From Eledone cirrhosa (taxonomy: Eukaryota): 64,000 nt of DNA. Location: positions 170,624,001 to 170,688,000 of the forward strand of contig OZ024743.1 of the NCBI GenBank assembly GCA_964016885.1. Reading direction: 5' to 3'. The position numbers and the translations under genes were made by a program. This document shows, in pieces, positions 25,021-37,693 of the stretch (position 1 is the stretch's first letter; every line of letters begins with the position of its first letter). The notes below the pieces were generated by a model. That model was not told the DNA's origin, searched no databases, and saw only the letters and a list, made by a program, of their open reading frames with translations.

Positions 25021-26308
25021 AAAAGTGAGGCCTCTGCTTTGAGTGAACATACTTCCAGAACACCTTACTGTCAGGGCTGGTTGCTATGCGCTGCTCAAAT
25101 TGAAGCACTGCCTTTTTTGTCACCTGTTTGAGGTGGTTGGACGATCTATTTCGCCTCTTCCTATTAATGTCTGATTTGTGAAGTTTGTACTCACGTTCAG
25201 CATTGCGCCGTTCTTTTCTGGCAAGACGGACTGCTGCAGTCTCCCAAATTGCACTATAGTCATATATACTGACCTGTATCTATGGTTGAAAGTAAATCAC
25301 CAATTTATCTACAGGAGACCATCTGTTATTACACCTATTTTTAATAGTGACTCAAACAGAGAGATTTCTTCTGACAAACAGAGCACTATTTAAAACGCTG
25401 GGAGTTAGCTTTGATCTAGCACATAACAAGCAATTTGGTTTCTATGTTTTTATTTTTATTGTTTAATCAGAAATGGCCCTTTTCAGGGGACTCTATGAAC
25501 AATGTATAGAAGGTCTCTTCACACTAGAAAGCCAATGCAAATGTTTGCAACAAAGTGGAATCCACTAAAGGCACACATACAGATACTGGTATTTAAGTGG
25601 ATGCCAGGTTAAGTCTACCATACAAGTAGAGTGTAGAGAGCAAATACTGCAAAACATTTTGTCTTACATTCTAACAACTCTTCTAATCACACAAATCAAT
25701 ATATCTTGGAACTCCTGAGTAAAAATAGGGTATCTCCTTAGTAGACAACTGTATGATAACAGACATAATTCACTTGCTTTTAGGGCACATAAACCCTACC
25801 TACATACCATCAATTTAGGCAAATATATTCATTCTGGTGATAATCTAATACAAATTACTATTTTTGATTAGTCTTTTGTCAACTGGGTGTAACTTGTGCT
25901 CTGTCTATCAAAAGAAATCTGTATGTCATTGTTAAAAAAAGTTGTCATATCAATTAGCTTCCTCTCGATAATTATAGGATTTGTGTGGCATTGCTCCATT
26001 ACCATGTCTTTCAAAGTTAATAATACCTAAAGTTGTTCTTCAAAAGAATACTGTGGCTATTGGGTAATTGAGTAATAATACCTAAAGTTGCTCTTCAAAA
26101 GAATACTGTGGCTATTGGGATTTACACCTTAATCCACCTTTAAACCACAAACAGCACAAAGATTGAATCATTCAGGATTTTCAACCATAGTCTCTTACTT
26201 GAAGTTGTGGTAGGCAGTAGAAAATCCAGTAAATATCATATTTACTGTGCAAACCATACATAACAAAATAATAAAATATTTATTTTTTTGTCTTTGTTCT
26301 AAATTCAG

Positions 26309-26730
26309 CTTAAAGAATCGCAACAGAATTCGCTGGTATAGCTTCAAAAAAAGCCACCGACCAAGTTTTAGCAACAAGTCCACACAGATATGTACATTGT
26401 CTGTCAGACAAATCCAGAAACTCCAAAGTGTGTGCATGCTGACAATAACAACACTTATGGAGAAATTCTCGCCGGCTAGTCGGTCAGGATGGAACTGGAC
26501 AGTGTCACGGTTCATCAAAAAGGTCAAAGAACCTGATTATAAGGACAAGAAAGTTTTTGGTGTGCCTCTAATGGAAACATTGCGCAGGTCTGGCCAGCCA
26601 GTTCCCCAGTGTATTTTATATGCCATGAAATATCTCAGGAGCACAGCAAAAGATGCTGATGGAATTTTCCGAAGATCTGGTGTTAAATCAAGAATACAGA
26701 ACATCCGAGAACAAATTGAACTTAATACTG
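26309..26730 (+). CDS. DLC1: DLC1/STARD13-family RhoGAP-START gene, internal exon A (pre-GAP region and start of RhoGAP domain)
   Basis: Acceptor ttctaaattcAG at 26307-8 and donor GTcagt at 26731. Translation LKNRNRIRWYSFKKSHRPS...WTVSRFIKKVKEPDYKDKKVFGVPL...GIFRRSGVKSRIQ matches the DLC1/STARD13/cv-c family, with the GAP arginine finger intact. Phase 2 in, phase 1 out. The symbol is family-level. Confidence 0.93.
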
Positions 26731-27119
26731 GTCAGTATCTTATTTTTTCCTTGGTTTTTGTTTTGCTCAAAAAGTTCCACCTCGTCTTTTTCTTTTCAGA
26801 AATTCATCAGAGTGCAAATATAGTACTTGCTTCTGTTAATGTTCCAAGAGAGAACTGAAACAGATGAGCTCACATGCAGGGTTAATGTTCAAATATAAAA
26901 TATACAGATGCTACTTCTTTGATTATTTTATAAAAGTGGCCTTCTTAATTTTAGAACTGACAATATTTGATATATATATATATATCATCATCATTTTATA
27001 TCCAATTTTTCATCCTGACATGAATATGTGTAAACATAGATGTATTATATTGTTTAATACGTGTTAATTTGGCATATATTTTGAAAGAAAACTTGTTTCA
27101 TGGTGTTAATAGGTAAATC

Positions 27120-27660
27120 CCATTATTGGAAATGATCCACTTGTATATTAGTGGAGGCTTCAAATCAGACCTACTGAACATAATCACAAGGATAAAATTT
27201 TGCAAGACCTCTAATGCTTTACAATTCAAATTGAAAAGCAACATTAGCAACCTGAAATTATCAGAGAAAGCCCTGTTATTTTCAGACAAAACTAAAAACA
27301 TTTTCCAAATATACAGAAGCACATACAACCACTGACTGAACCAAGTATATATAGTAGTATCAACAAAGAGGTGAAGCACATAGCAACCATACTAATGCTA
27401 GACAATGGAATAGAGGTGCTACACAAATGAAATGCTTTTATTACTATTTAGCACCATAGAAATAGTGTTGCCTTAATCCCAACTGTAGACTAATAAACCT
27501 CGCCAAATCTGAAATCGGCATTGTAAAAAAGAGGCAATTCAAGAAATATTGATATCAATATTAAGAAGGCTACTAACCTAGAAAGGTGGACTAACAGTGT
27601 AAAAGTATTTTAGCAGCATCAATGATAAGAGGTGTACCAGGTTTATCCAATGTGACAATA
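27120..27660 (+). mobile_element. Penelope-like element fragment
   Basis: FKSDLLNII...SDKTKNIF ... PNCRLINLAKSEIGIV. Same type as 700-1385. Confidence 0.65.
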
Positions 27661-27736
27661 TTGTTCAAATAGAATCCATCCCATAGATAGTGAGGACCAC
27701 AAAGGCTACAATATATATATATAAATGTATATATAT

Positions 27737-27996
27737 ATATTGTTATACTTTGGGAGGGTCATATTGCCAATAAGAAACACACGCACCAGTTTCTTTCACT
27801 TCAATTTATTATATATTTATAAATTTATAAATTTACAAATTTACAAACTTATAAATTTCTGGTTGGTTGGTTGGTTCCACATAAGTTTGTAAATTTGTAA
27901 ATTTATAAATTTATAAATATATAATAAATTGAAGTGAAAGCAACTGGTGCGTGTGTTTCTTATTGGCAACATGACCCTCCCAAAGTATAACAATAT
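27737..27996. repeat. Long inverted repeat (about 116-bp arms) between (TA)n tracts
   Basis: 27737-27852 is the near-perfect reverse complement of 27881-27996. A related sequence occurs at 55545-55680 and 56190-56280. Confidence 0.92.
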
Positions 27997-28169
27997 CGGT
28001 TTCAACACACGATTTCAGATAAAGAATCTTGCTAAACAAATTCAGAAACGAAATATATATATATAAATATATGTATATATATATATATATATATACAAAT
28101 AAAATATAGAGGTATTAACTCATATAGATACCCTGCAATTTTAGACACGGGTTTACTGTGTTTACTTCT

Positions 28170-28249
<80 letters not shown>

Positions 28250-28251
<2 letters not shown>

Positions 28252-31200
28252 ATATCATCACTGATGCTCTTCCTAACACCAACCTCATTTACAGTGAGTG
28301 CTGGGTGCTTTTTTTGTGGCGCCTACACAACCACTTTACAGTGTGGACTGGGTGCTTTTTTGTCATGACACCTCCACTACCACTTTGCAGTGGGAGGGGA
28401 TGGGGGCATATTGTCAATATGCTTCAGCTTGTTTCCATAGGAAGTCAGGTCTTCTGTACTACTGTGTGATGCCAGAGGTCACGGTCCTGTGTCATCGCCG
28501 TTGAGAGGTGCAATTAGGCAAGGTCCGCTTTTATCACCTCATCCCAGTTCTTCTTGGGTCTCCCCACCCCATGGCTTCCATCAACTTTTAAAGCTGTGCA
28601 CCTTTTTATGCAGCTGTCATCCTTCGTACGCATCACATGTCCATACCATCGCAATCTCCTCTCCTGAACACAGCATTTGATTCCTCTTATGCTCAGTCTC
28701 TCTCTCAGTTCATTTATGCTTTGCTATTTGCCTATATTACTATTACACATCCATCGGAGCATGCAGGCTTCGTTTCTTTCTAATCTACACAGGTTTTCTA
28801 CACACAGCGCCCAGGTCTCACTACCATCTAACATTGCTGTTCGTATGCACACATCATACAGTCTGCCTTGCATTTTGAGGGAAAAGCCTTTTGCAGTTAG
28901 CAGTGGTAGTAGCTACCTGAACTTCTTCCATCCCATTCTTACCCTGGTTACTGTACTTTCCGAACGCCAAACTCCATTGCTAATTTGGACACCTAGGTAG
29001 CAGAAGCTGTCTACTGTTTCTACAGAGCCCTCCCAGAGTTTGGTAATGCTTGTTTCCTGCAGTTGTTTGCTGCTTACTGTCCCGGTGCAGCTGCTACATG
29101 TAAAGCCTACATTCCAAACTAAGCTTCCTGAGATCCCACTACATCTCTTCTGTACCCATAGTTTGCATTTGGGGCGGAGGATGGAATTCCTGCCTAAACC
29201 TTTCCTACATATTGAACAAGGGGATCTGGGTTCTGTTTTCTCATCTACTTAGGAGGACCTTAGTCTTTGTCAGGTCGACTTTGAGACCTCTTCTTTCTAG
29301 GCCCTGCTTCCATGTTTGGAATCTCTTCTTTAGTTCCACCATAGATTCAGCTATAAGTGTAAGATCATCCGCATGCAGAAGTTCCCATGGGCATCCGGTC
29401 TTATACTCCTCTGTTTAGCGTGCAATAGGATAATAAACAGGAGAGGGCTAAGAACAGAGCCCTGGTGGACACCGACCTGTATACTAAATTCCTCGCTATA
29501 GTCATTGTTAACCCTAACTTTGCTGACTGCTCACCTATACATGGCTTGTACAGCTTTCACAAGCCATTCATCTACTCCTAGTTTTCTAAGAGCCCACCAG
29601 ATTATAGCATGGGTGACTCTGTCGAAGGCTTTTTCTAGATCGACAAATGCCAGGTAGAGTGGCTTACTTTTAGCTAGCTACTTTTCCTGTAACTGCTTCA
29701 CAAAGAAGAGAGCATCAGTGGTGCTTTTTCCTGTCACAAACCCAAACTGCATCTCATCTAGTTTTACCCGGTCCCTAATCAACTGTGCTATAACTTATTT
29801 TCATGGCTCCATCCATCAGCTTTATACCTCTATAGTTTCCTCTATCTACCTTGTAACCATTGACAATGATGCTGCTGCACCAATCCTTTGGTATGACACC
29901 CTCTTGTATTACCTGATTAACAATACATGTGGTGATGGTGAGACCTACCGACCCAGATGCTTTCAGCATCTCGGCAGCTATACCCAATGGACCGGTCTTT
30001 CCAGTCTTCATATCTTTAACTGCCTTGCTTACTATACTGCTGCTGACCCCTTTAAAGGGTCCACTTGGGGTAGGGTCTCTTTCTCCCATGCATTCTCCTC
30101 ATTTAATAATCTTTCATAATGGCTCTTCCACACAGCTTTCTTCTCAGCACTTGTGAGGGCAAGCTCACCTTTATCATTCTCTCCAATTTCATCACAATTT
30201 TCTCTGACACACTGCCTCGCAGTCCTGAATACTTCCGGTTTATGGTCCTCACGCTGCAAAACATGCTTGAATTTTCTATCCCCAGCTTCCCTTCTAGCTA
30301 AATATACTTGTCGCCTAGCTTCCCTCCTGGTCTCTATGTAATGTACCTTGCTTCACCCATTCTTTCATTATTTCCATGCCTGTCTCTTGGCCTTAACTGC
30401 CTCATCTACCTTATTGTTCCATCACCAAGTCACTCTCCTCCTCCCTGTGGTTTTGCTCCAACCACAAATCTCGTCCATCGCCTTTAGTAAGTTATTTTTT
30501 AGGAACTCCCAGTGCTCTTCTACATTGAATGTCTCTAACTGTTCTTCTTTACTGTCATAGGTATTGAGTAAGATATCCTTAAATCTGTTACTGGCTGAGG
30601 GGTCTTTCAGCTTCCAGATCTTTCTTCTCCAGGTTGCCTTCTGTTCTGAAAATGAGTTCTGAAAATGAGGTCGCTGACAACTAAGTTATGTTGGGAGGTA
30701 CATTCCTCACCAGGGAAGGCTTTTGTGTTTACAACCGTCCATCTATCTCGTTCTCTGATAAGGATAAAATCTATCTGACTAGAATGCTCCCCTGATCTAT
30801 AGGTAATCTGATGTTTGTCAGGTTTTTTGAAGTTTGTGTTACATATTGAAATGTCATTGGCGTTGCAGAATTTTCGAAGCCTGAAGCTTTCTTCGTTTCT
30901 TGCACCAAACCCGTAGCCTCCATGGTCTCTAGAAGCCATCACAGTGTTTCCCAACGAGTCCGGTAAAGTCTCCTGCAATGATTCGGAAGTCATTGTCATT
31001 TGTTAGGGCAGTAGTGTGCATTAAGGACTCATAAAATCTATCCTTAAGTTCGTCTGGCAACCCTGATTGGGGTGCGTAAGCTGATATGATTGTAGCAATT
31101 GTTTTATTCAGGACTAATCTGAGTTTAATGATTCTTGCGTTCACCCTGTTTACTGAGATTACCTTATCAACTCATTTGTCAGCTAATAGTATACCTACAC

Positions 31201-31460
31201 CTCCCATCCCGTTGTCATTTCTCACCCAGAAAAATTTATAGCACTGTTTTTTACCAACGAGGAGCCTAGCAGACCCTCCTCTCCATCTAGTCTCTCTTGC
31301 ACACAGCATGTGTCAATTTCCTTTTTCTCTAACTTCTCTATGATTTCTCCTGCTCTTCCTCTCATTGTGCTTACGTTGATGGTGCCAACCCAGAGTTTTG
31401 GGCTTTCGTCATTGCTCGTGGGAATGTGTGGATTTTTCTGGGGGAGTTTGTATGCTTTCT
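28250..31460 (-). mobile_element. Near-full-length decayed RTE LINE (family A)
   Basis: Minus strand VGTINVSTMRGR, IISAYAPQSG, SQIDFIL, AAEMLKASG, RT and C-terminal regions, 3' UTR. Confidence 0.9.
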
Positions 31461-31931
31461 GTCTCTGAATTAAAGCTTTGCATGGGTGCTTGGTAACTCG
31501 TGGATTCATACTCATATATTTATTTTGGGTTGTTCCATTATCCTCAGCACATCCATAGCTAACAATAAACAAGAATTCTTTGGTGCAGGGCTAGAAGGAC
31601 AGTAGTAGTAATGACAGAATTTGTTGGGACTGGTAAGGGCTAGAAGGACTGTGGTAGTAATGGCAGCATATGTTGGGGCTGGTAATGGGTGAGGACATGT
31701 TAATGTGGTTTGATTGGTTAAAGAGCCTATGGTGGTGTGCGTGGGTGGGTGGGAGGGAGGGAAATTGTGAGATAGATAACCAACATGGTGTGGGGGTCCA
31801 GTGTGGTTTATTTCGAAGAGAAAAACCAAAATATCTCCTTTGTGGTGACAAACAAACGATAATAAAGTAATATAATAATGTATACATAACATTTTCAAAT
31901 TGGCAAGAAGAAATAATATATATATATATAA

Positions 31932-33545
31932 TCATCATTTAACGTCCGTTTAACGTCCATTTTTCCCTGTTTGCATGAATTAGATAGGTCGTCCACGTTA
32001 CTTTGTGGAAGTGGGTGGTCCAGGTATGAGACAAGTCTAGCTGGTTGGCCATGTCATATTTTGGGAGCTGAGTGGTCCCATTATGAGGGACGTCTGGCCA
32101 GTTGGCCTCATGGTACCTTGCTCAAACAGAGCATTTACATCCATAATGGATGGCACCATTATGGGAAGGGTCTGGCCAGTTGGCCATGCTATAACCTGCT
32201 CACAGTGGAGCTATAATTTGGGAGCTGGGTGGTCCCATTATGAATGAGGTCTAGCCAGTTGGTCAAACCATGCATTGCTGATAGTAGGCCCATGTTATTA
32301 ATGGTCCTATATTATGGGAACTGGGTGGGCATGTTATGAGGGAGGTCTGGCCGATTAGCCGTACTGGAACCTGTGTTACATATAGTGGGATAATGTTTTT
32401 GGCCGGGATTACAAGGCAGCTGGATGCCCTTGCTAAAGCACAAGCCATGTTTATAGTGTGGGCTGGGCTGGGCTGGGTTGTCAACTCTGGTCTTTTGTTG
32501 TACTCTACAGGTCTCGGTCCTGTATCATCTCCATCAAGAAGTTCAGTTGGGTCAGATCAGCCTTTATCATTTGGTTACCCAGATAGCAGAAGCTATCGGC
32601 TATTTCTAAGGGTTCCTCTGTGCATTTAAAAGGTATTTGCTTACTTCCCCTGTGCAACATCCACATATGAAGACTATGTTTTTTACTAGCCTACCTGATT
32701 TCCCACTACACCCTCACTGTACCCACAATTTACATTTGGGACACAGGATTGAGTTTCTACCTATACCTTTCCTGCATACAGAGCAGAGCCATTTCCCGAA
32801 GGAGATCAGAGCCCTGTTTTCTTTTCTGCTCAGTAGGATTTTGGTCATTACCAGGTTGATTTTAAAGACATTTTTTTTTTCTCTAAGCTCTGTCTAAAAT
32901 TTCTTCTCTAAATATCATAGATTCAGCTATGAGGGTCAGGTTATTGTTGTAAAGGAGTTTCCATGGGCAACCAGTCTTAAATTCCTTTGTTATAGCCTGT
33001 AGGACAATAATGAAGAGGGGAGGGGTAAGAACGGAGCTCTAGTGAACCCCCACTTGTACACTGAATTCCTCACTGCACTCATTGTCAATTTTTACTTTAC
33101 TGGTGGCCACCTCCTTGTACATGGCTTTTACTGCTCTCATGAGCCACTCATCTACCCCTAGTTTTCTGATTATGGATCGAGGGACTCCATGAAATGCTTT
33201 CTCTAGGTCCACAAATGCTAAGTAGTGTGGCTTGCTTTAGCCAAGTACTTCTCCTGCATTTGCCTCACAAGGAAGAGGGCCTCAGTTGTGCTTTTTTTCT
33301 AGGCATATATGATCTCTAATCAATTGTGCAATGACTCTTTCTGTAACTTTCATGATCTGGTCGATCAGCTTGATGCCTCTGTAGTTACTTCTCTTTAGGG
33401 CATCTCCTTTTCCTTTGTAACAGTTGACAATGATGCTGCCATGCCAGTCCTTGGGAATGACACCATTCTGTATTACTTGGTTTGCAACAAGGGCAGTTAG
33501 GGTGTGTCCTACTGTCCCAGATGCTTTCAACATCTCAGCAACTAT
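31932..33545 (-). mobile_element. Internally deleted RTE LINE with repeat-bearing 3' UTR
   Basis: MLKASGTVGH...IPKDW..SIIVNCYKGKGDALKRSNYRGIKL at 33282-33533. RTE tail at about 31932-31990. Confidence 0.8.
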
Positions 33546-33737
33546 TCCTGATGATCCGGCTGATACTAATTGTGATATGTTTACTTCATAGTACCACTGT
33601 AACTTCCAAGGAAACAGTTATTATTAATAACAAATATTATACTGACTTTATAAACAATATATGAGTCTTTATTTAGTGCATGTTTAGTGTGTTTATAGAA
33701 GCGTATGAAACAAATATTTATAGATCGATACCCATAA

Positions 33738-33775
<38 letters not shown>

Positions 33776-33969
33776 CTACACACATACACACACACATATT
33801 TATATACATACATCATCATCATCATTATCATCATCGTTTAACGTCAATCTTCCACACTAGCATGAGTTACATGCATATATATATCTGTCAACACACGTTC
33901 ATGTAACAATAGCTCCGTCAACATCTACCTAAAACACATGCTTTGTCTGTTTCTCTCACTTTCCCTTAG

Positions 33970-34095
33970 AAATGGTTGCTTTTACTGATATGCAATCTTA
34001 TGATGTTGCTGACCTCACAAAACAATATTTCCGAGAACTTCCAGAATGTCTTTTGACCAATAAACTATCGGAAACATTTATTGGAATTTTTACAC
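33970..34095 (+). CDS. DLC1: DLC1/STARD13-family gene, exon B (RhoGAP)
   Basis: Acceptor ttcccttAG and donor GTaagt. Reads (E)MVAFTDMQSYDVADLTKQYFRELPECLLTNKLSETFIGIFT, the RhoGAP 'DVA..LKQYFRELPE' motif. 126 nt, phase 1/1, joins exon A in frame. Too short to appear in the ORF track. Confidence 0.93.
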
Positions 34096-34286
34096 GTAAG
34101 TAACAGATACACACTTTATACTTGCATGTCTTTCATCATTGTATTAATTTCCTCTCCTCTCCCTCATCACACTAATAAATCACATATCTATTTGAATTGC
34201 ATTTCTGTACCAACAGGTTAAATTAACCATCGGTTTCTGTTAATGCATATGTATATATATATAGATATATATTCTAGAATCAAAAT

Positions 34287-35003
34287 GCACTAATATCAAG
34301 AAGTCTTCTTGTGAATGTGACCTGGGCATTACGGTCAGCAGCGATTTGCGTTGGACGAAGCATGTCTCTAAAATTGTCAAGAGGGCCGAGGGTGTCTTAG
34401 CATCACTCAGCAAGACCTTTGTCAGCCGCTCTCCAGATATCTATTTAAGGCTGTACATGGCTATGGTGCGACCACACTTAGAATTTGCATCACCAGTCTG
34501 GAACCCTTATCTTGCTCAGAACATTGACCGCCTGGAAACTGTTCAGAGACGTGCAACCAACCGGCATCTACCATACTCTGAGCGCCTTGCTTCCCTGGGC
34601 ATGGATACATTGAAGCTCCGACGCCTGGCAACTGACTTGGTAAACACCCACAAAATTGTTAATCATGTTGCCAACAACAATCCTGAGTACCTTTTTGATT
34701 TACATGTGTCTAACACACGTGGACATGCCCACAAAGTAAGAAAACAGCACAGTTCCCATGACTTTCGGAAACATTTTTTCACGCTCAGAGTTGCTGAAGC
34801 ATGGAACAAACTACCTGCATCAGTTGCTAGCTGTCGAGACACTGCATCCTTTAAGGCCTCCATGCTTCCCGAGATCCGCCAACACTACAGCTAACACATA
34901 CACACATGTACTTCTCTGACATTTGTGTATTATTCTATGTACTATACATACACCTTTGACGAGTTGTAGTGCACCTGAGCACTTTACACAATAATTTCAT
35001 TAT
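34287..35003 (+). mobile_element. CR1 LINE 3' fragment, near-identical to 24030-24772 in opposite orientation
   Basis: ORF 34346-34894 matches ORF 24158-24604 almost residue for residue, with a 15-nt deletion. Confidence 0.92.
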
Positions 35004-35004
35004 T

Positions 35005-36214
35005 ATAAAAGGCCTTAAAGTTAACTTGTCTAAGACTAAAGTTCTAGTTTGTAGGAAGGAAAATAGGGCACCGGTCCCGTCTGGGAAATGGCCATGCTCA
35101 GCGTGTAGGAAAGGAGTAGGTAGAAACTCCATTTTATGTCCCAAATGCAAAGTATGAGTACATAAAAGATGGGTAAGCTAACTAAGAATATAGATTTTAT
35201 ATGTGGCCAGTGCTCTGGTGCAATAAGTAGCAGCAAGTGCCCACAGAATACTAACTCATTCCATTGCACAGATGGTTCTATAGAAATAGTAGACAGCTTC
35301 CATTACCTGGGTGACAAAATCAGCAGTGGGGGAGGATGCTCTGAAAGTACAGTAGCTAGAGTCAGAACGGGATGGAAAAAGTTCAGAGAGCTTATACCAC
35401 TATTGGCCGCTAAAGGGTTCTCTCTAAAAATGAAAGGCAGGCTGTATGATGCCTGCATATGAACAGCAATGTTGCATGGCAGTGAGACCTGGGATATACG
35501 CAGACTGGAGAGAAACAAAGCTTGCATGCTCCGCTGGATGTGTAATAGTAATATACGTGAACGGCAAAGCATAAACGAACTAAGGGAGAAATTAGAAATA
35601 AGAGGGATCAGATGTTGTTTACTCGAGAGAAGACTACATTGGTATGGTCACGTGATGCGCATGAAAGACGACAGTTGTATAAAAAAGTGCAGGGCAATAA
35701 AAATAGACGGTAGCCCCGGAGTAGGCAGACCCAGAAAAACCTGGGATGACTTGATAAATTCCGACCTCACACACTTACACCTCTCCAAGACAATGTCACT
35801 GGACCGAGATCTTTGGCGCTACACAGTCATACAGAAGACCCGCCTTACCTAAGTGCAAAGTGAAACCTACTAGAGTCAGTAGGCACCTCTAACAAAATAC
35901 ACCCCATCCCACTACCCCCACCCCATCCGCACCCAATGTAAAGTTATGTTGGTACCACAACATCCAGCCTGAAACAAATGAGGTCGTGTAGGTGTCACGA
36001 CAAAAAAAACACACAGTCGACGCTGTAATGTGGCCGTGTAGGTAACACAGTAAATACCTCCCAGTTCCACACTGTAAATGTGGTTGGTGTTAGGAAGGGC
36101 ATCCAGCCGTAGAAAACCCGCCAGACAGTCCTATGCGAGCAAGACAACCACTCTTGCCTCGAGTGGGAAAACTCCCATCCAAACCCATGCGAGCGTGGAA
36201 TATGGACGTTAAAC

Positions 36215-36247
<33 letters not shown>
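35005..36247 (+). mobile_element. RTE LINE 3' fragment (family A)
   Basis: GLKVNLSKTKVL...CSACRKGVGRNSILCPKC...LHGSETW...WYGHVMR...GRPRKTW, then (GAT)n tail. Confidence 0.9.
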
Positions 36248-36249
<2 letters not shown>

Positions 36250-36645
36250 CATCAACATGATCATTTTTATGTCCGTTTTTTTCCATGCTCGCATGGATTA
36301 GATGCGTCCTTTTCAGCACAGGATCTCTCCACTTATTGTGTTCCTTCGTCATCTTCTCTGTGAGTCTCAGTGATTTGACATCAGCTCTCACCACCTCTGC
36401 CGAGGTCTTTCTCAATCTACCTCTACTGTGATTTCCTTCCACTAGGATTTTCTGGAACTTCTTCACTCAGTGATTATCATCCATACACATCACATGTCCA
36501 TATCAACACAGTCTTCTCTCTTGCACACCACTTTGGATTCATCTAAACCCAGTTTATCCCTCAATTCCTCCAACGACTTCTACCTTTCTCTCACATTTAC
36601 ATTGCACATCTCACGGAGCATGGTTGCTTCATTTCTCTCCAGTCT
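36250..36645 (-). mobile_element. RTE LINE 3' fragment (family B-like)
   Basis: ILVEGNHSRGRLRKTSAEVVRAD on the minus strand, tail-to-tail with the previous RTE. Confidence 0.8.
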
Positions 36646-36684
36646 GCATGTATGTAGGTATGAAAAAACATTAAGACAGAAGTT

Positions 36685-37014
36685 ACATAATCATATTTAT
36701 TATTTATACATATTTCTGACACCAGCATGGTATTGTTGTGCAATCATTACAACAGTAACCTGCACCAGTGTGACATTATCAGATGTTAGCACAATTATGT
36801 AGGTGAGTTGAGATGTTGTTGGCTAATGCAACCATGTCTGTGAGAGTCCGTACTTTCATATACATGATCGCATTAGCCAACAGCATCCCAACTCCCTTAC
36901 ATAATTGTGCTAACACTGATGATGTCACACTGGTGCAGGCCGCTGTGGTAATGATTGCACAACAGCTCCATGTGGTGTAACAGAAAAAAGTATAATTAAT
37001 AAATATGATTATGT
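36685..37014. repeat. Long imperfect inverted repeat (about 150-bp arms)
   Basis: 36685-36837 pairs with 36862-37014, e.g. cctgcaccagtgtgacat / atgtcacactggtgcagg. Confidence 0.9.
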
Positions 37015-37238
37015 CTATTTCATACATGGTAACTCCATTATGTTTGATCACCACCTTTATGTTGGATAGATACAACTGACATGGAGTGTTCTTACCTGCT
37101 TATACCTTTTTATCAATGAAAAGTGATTATTTAACTTTTATGGATAAACAACACAGCAACTAGCAATATATATATGTTTGTTTGTGTATATATCCATATG
37201 TGTGTGTATATATATATGCATAGAGAGAGAGAGTGAGA

Positions 37239-37447
37239 GAGACAAAGCAGGCTTTGTTTATGAAACAGCAAGTGAAGTTTGAAATAAGGTAAAATCATGT
37301 GTTTCTGTTGTATTTGACTAAATAAAATTTAGGTTCAAGTACCAAACTAACAGACTAATTTTATTTAGTCAAATACGGCATAAGCACATGATTCTACCTT
37401 ATTTCAAACTTCACTCACCATTTCATAAACAAAGCCTGCTTTGTCTC
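37239..37447. repeat. Inverted repeat (about 90-bp arms), part of a composite element to 37660
   Basis: 37239-37329 pairs with 37357-37447. A 34-bp direct repeat occurs at 37346-37379 and 37621-37654. Confidence 0.9.
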
Positions 37448-37508
37448 CCTTTCTATATATATGCATGGTATAGTTATAGCTTCTAATTTGAATGGAAGAA
37501 GGGTGGGT

Positions 37509-37579
37509 GGTGTATTAGTGTAATGGTAGCACAGTGGTGCGGCAAACCAAAGATTAGGGTTTGAGTCCCATGTATGTCA
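37509..37579 (+). pseudogene. tRNA-like cloverleaf (tRNA pseudogene or tRNA-derived module)
   Basis: A-box TAGTGTAATGG, B-box GGTTTGAGTCC, D stem GTGT/GCAC, anticodon stem TGGT/ACCA with a 7-nt loop, wobble-rich acceptor stem, and TTTTT at 37590-37594. Lacks U33. Confidence 0.55.
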
Positions 37580-37660
37580 ATGCTCATACTTTTTCCATTC
37601 AGAGGGTTTTTTAAATCCCCACTAACAGACTAATTTTATTTAGTCAAATACGGCGTAGGC

Positions 37661-37689
<29 letters not shown>

Positions 37690-37693
<4 letters not shown>

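Noticed and set aside
25020-25430. Possible CR1 ORF1 remnant or unannotated exon
   Set aside because: No recognisable motif or convincing splice pair was found, so it is left unassigned.
1-26308. Upstream exons of the RhoGAP gene (SAM and Ser-rich region ending near RRDSGVG)
   Set aside because: No matching exon was seen by eye. The upstream intron probably exceeds 26 kb, although a small exon could have been missed.
32011-32362. CRISPR-like repeat-spacer appearance
   Set aside because: The repeats are degenerate, the spacers vary in length, there are no cas genes, and it lies in a eukaryotic LINE 3' UTR.
37509-37579. Functional tRNA gene
   Set aside because: It lacks U33, has a weak acceptor stem and an imperfect T stem. 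It is kept only as tRNA-like.
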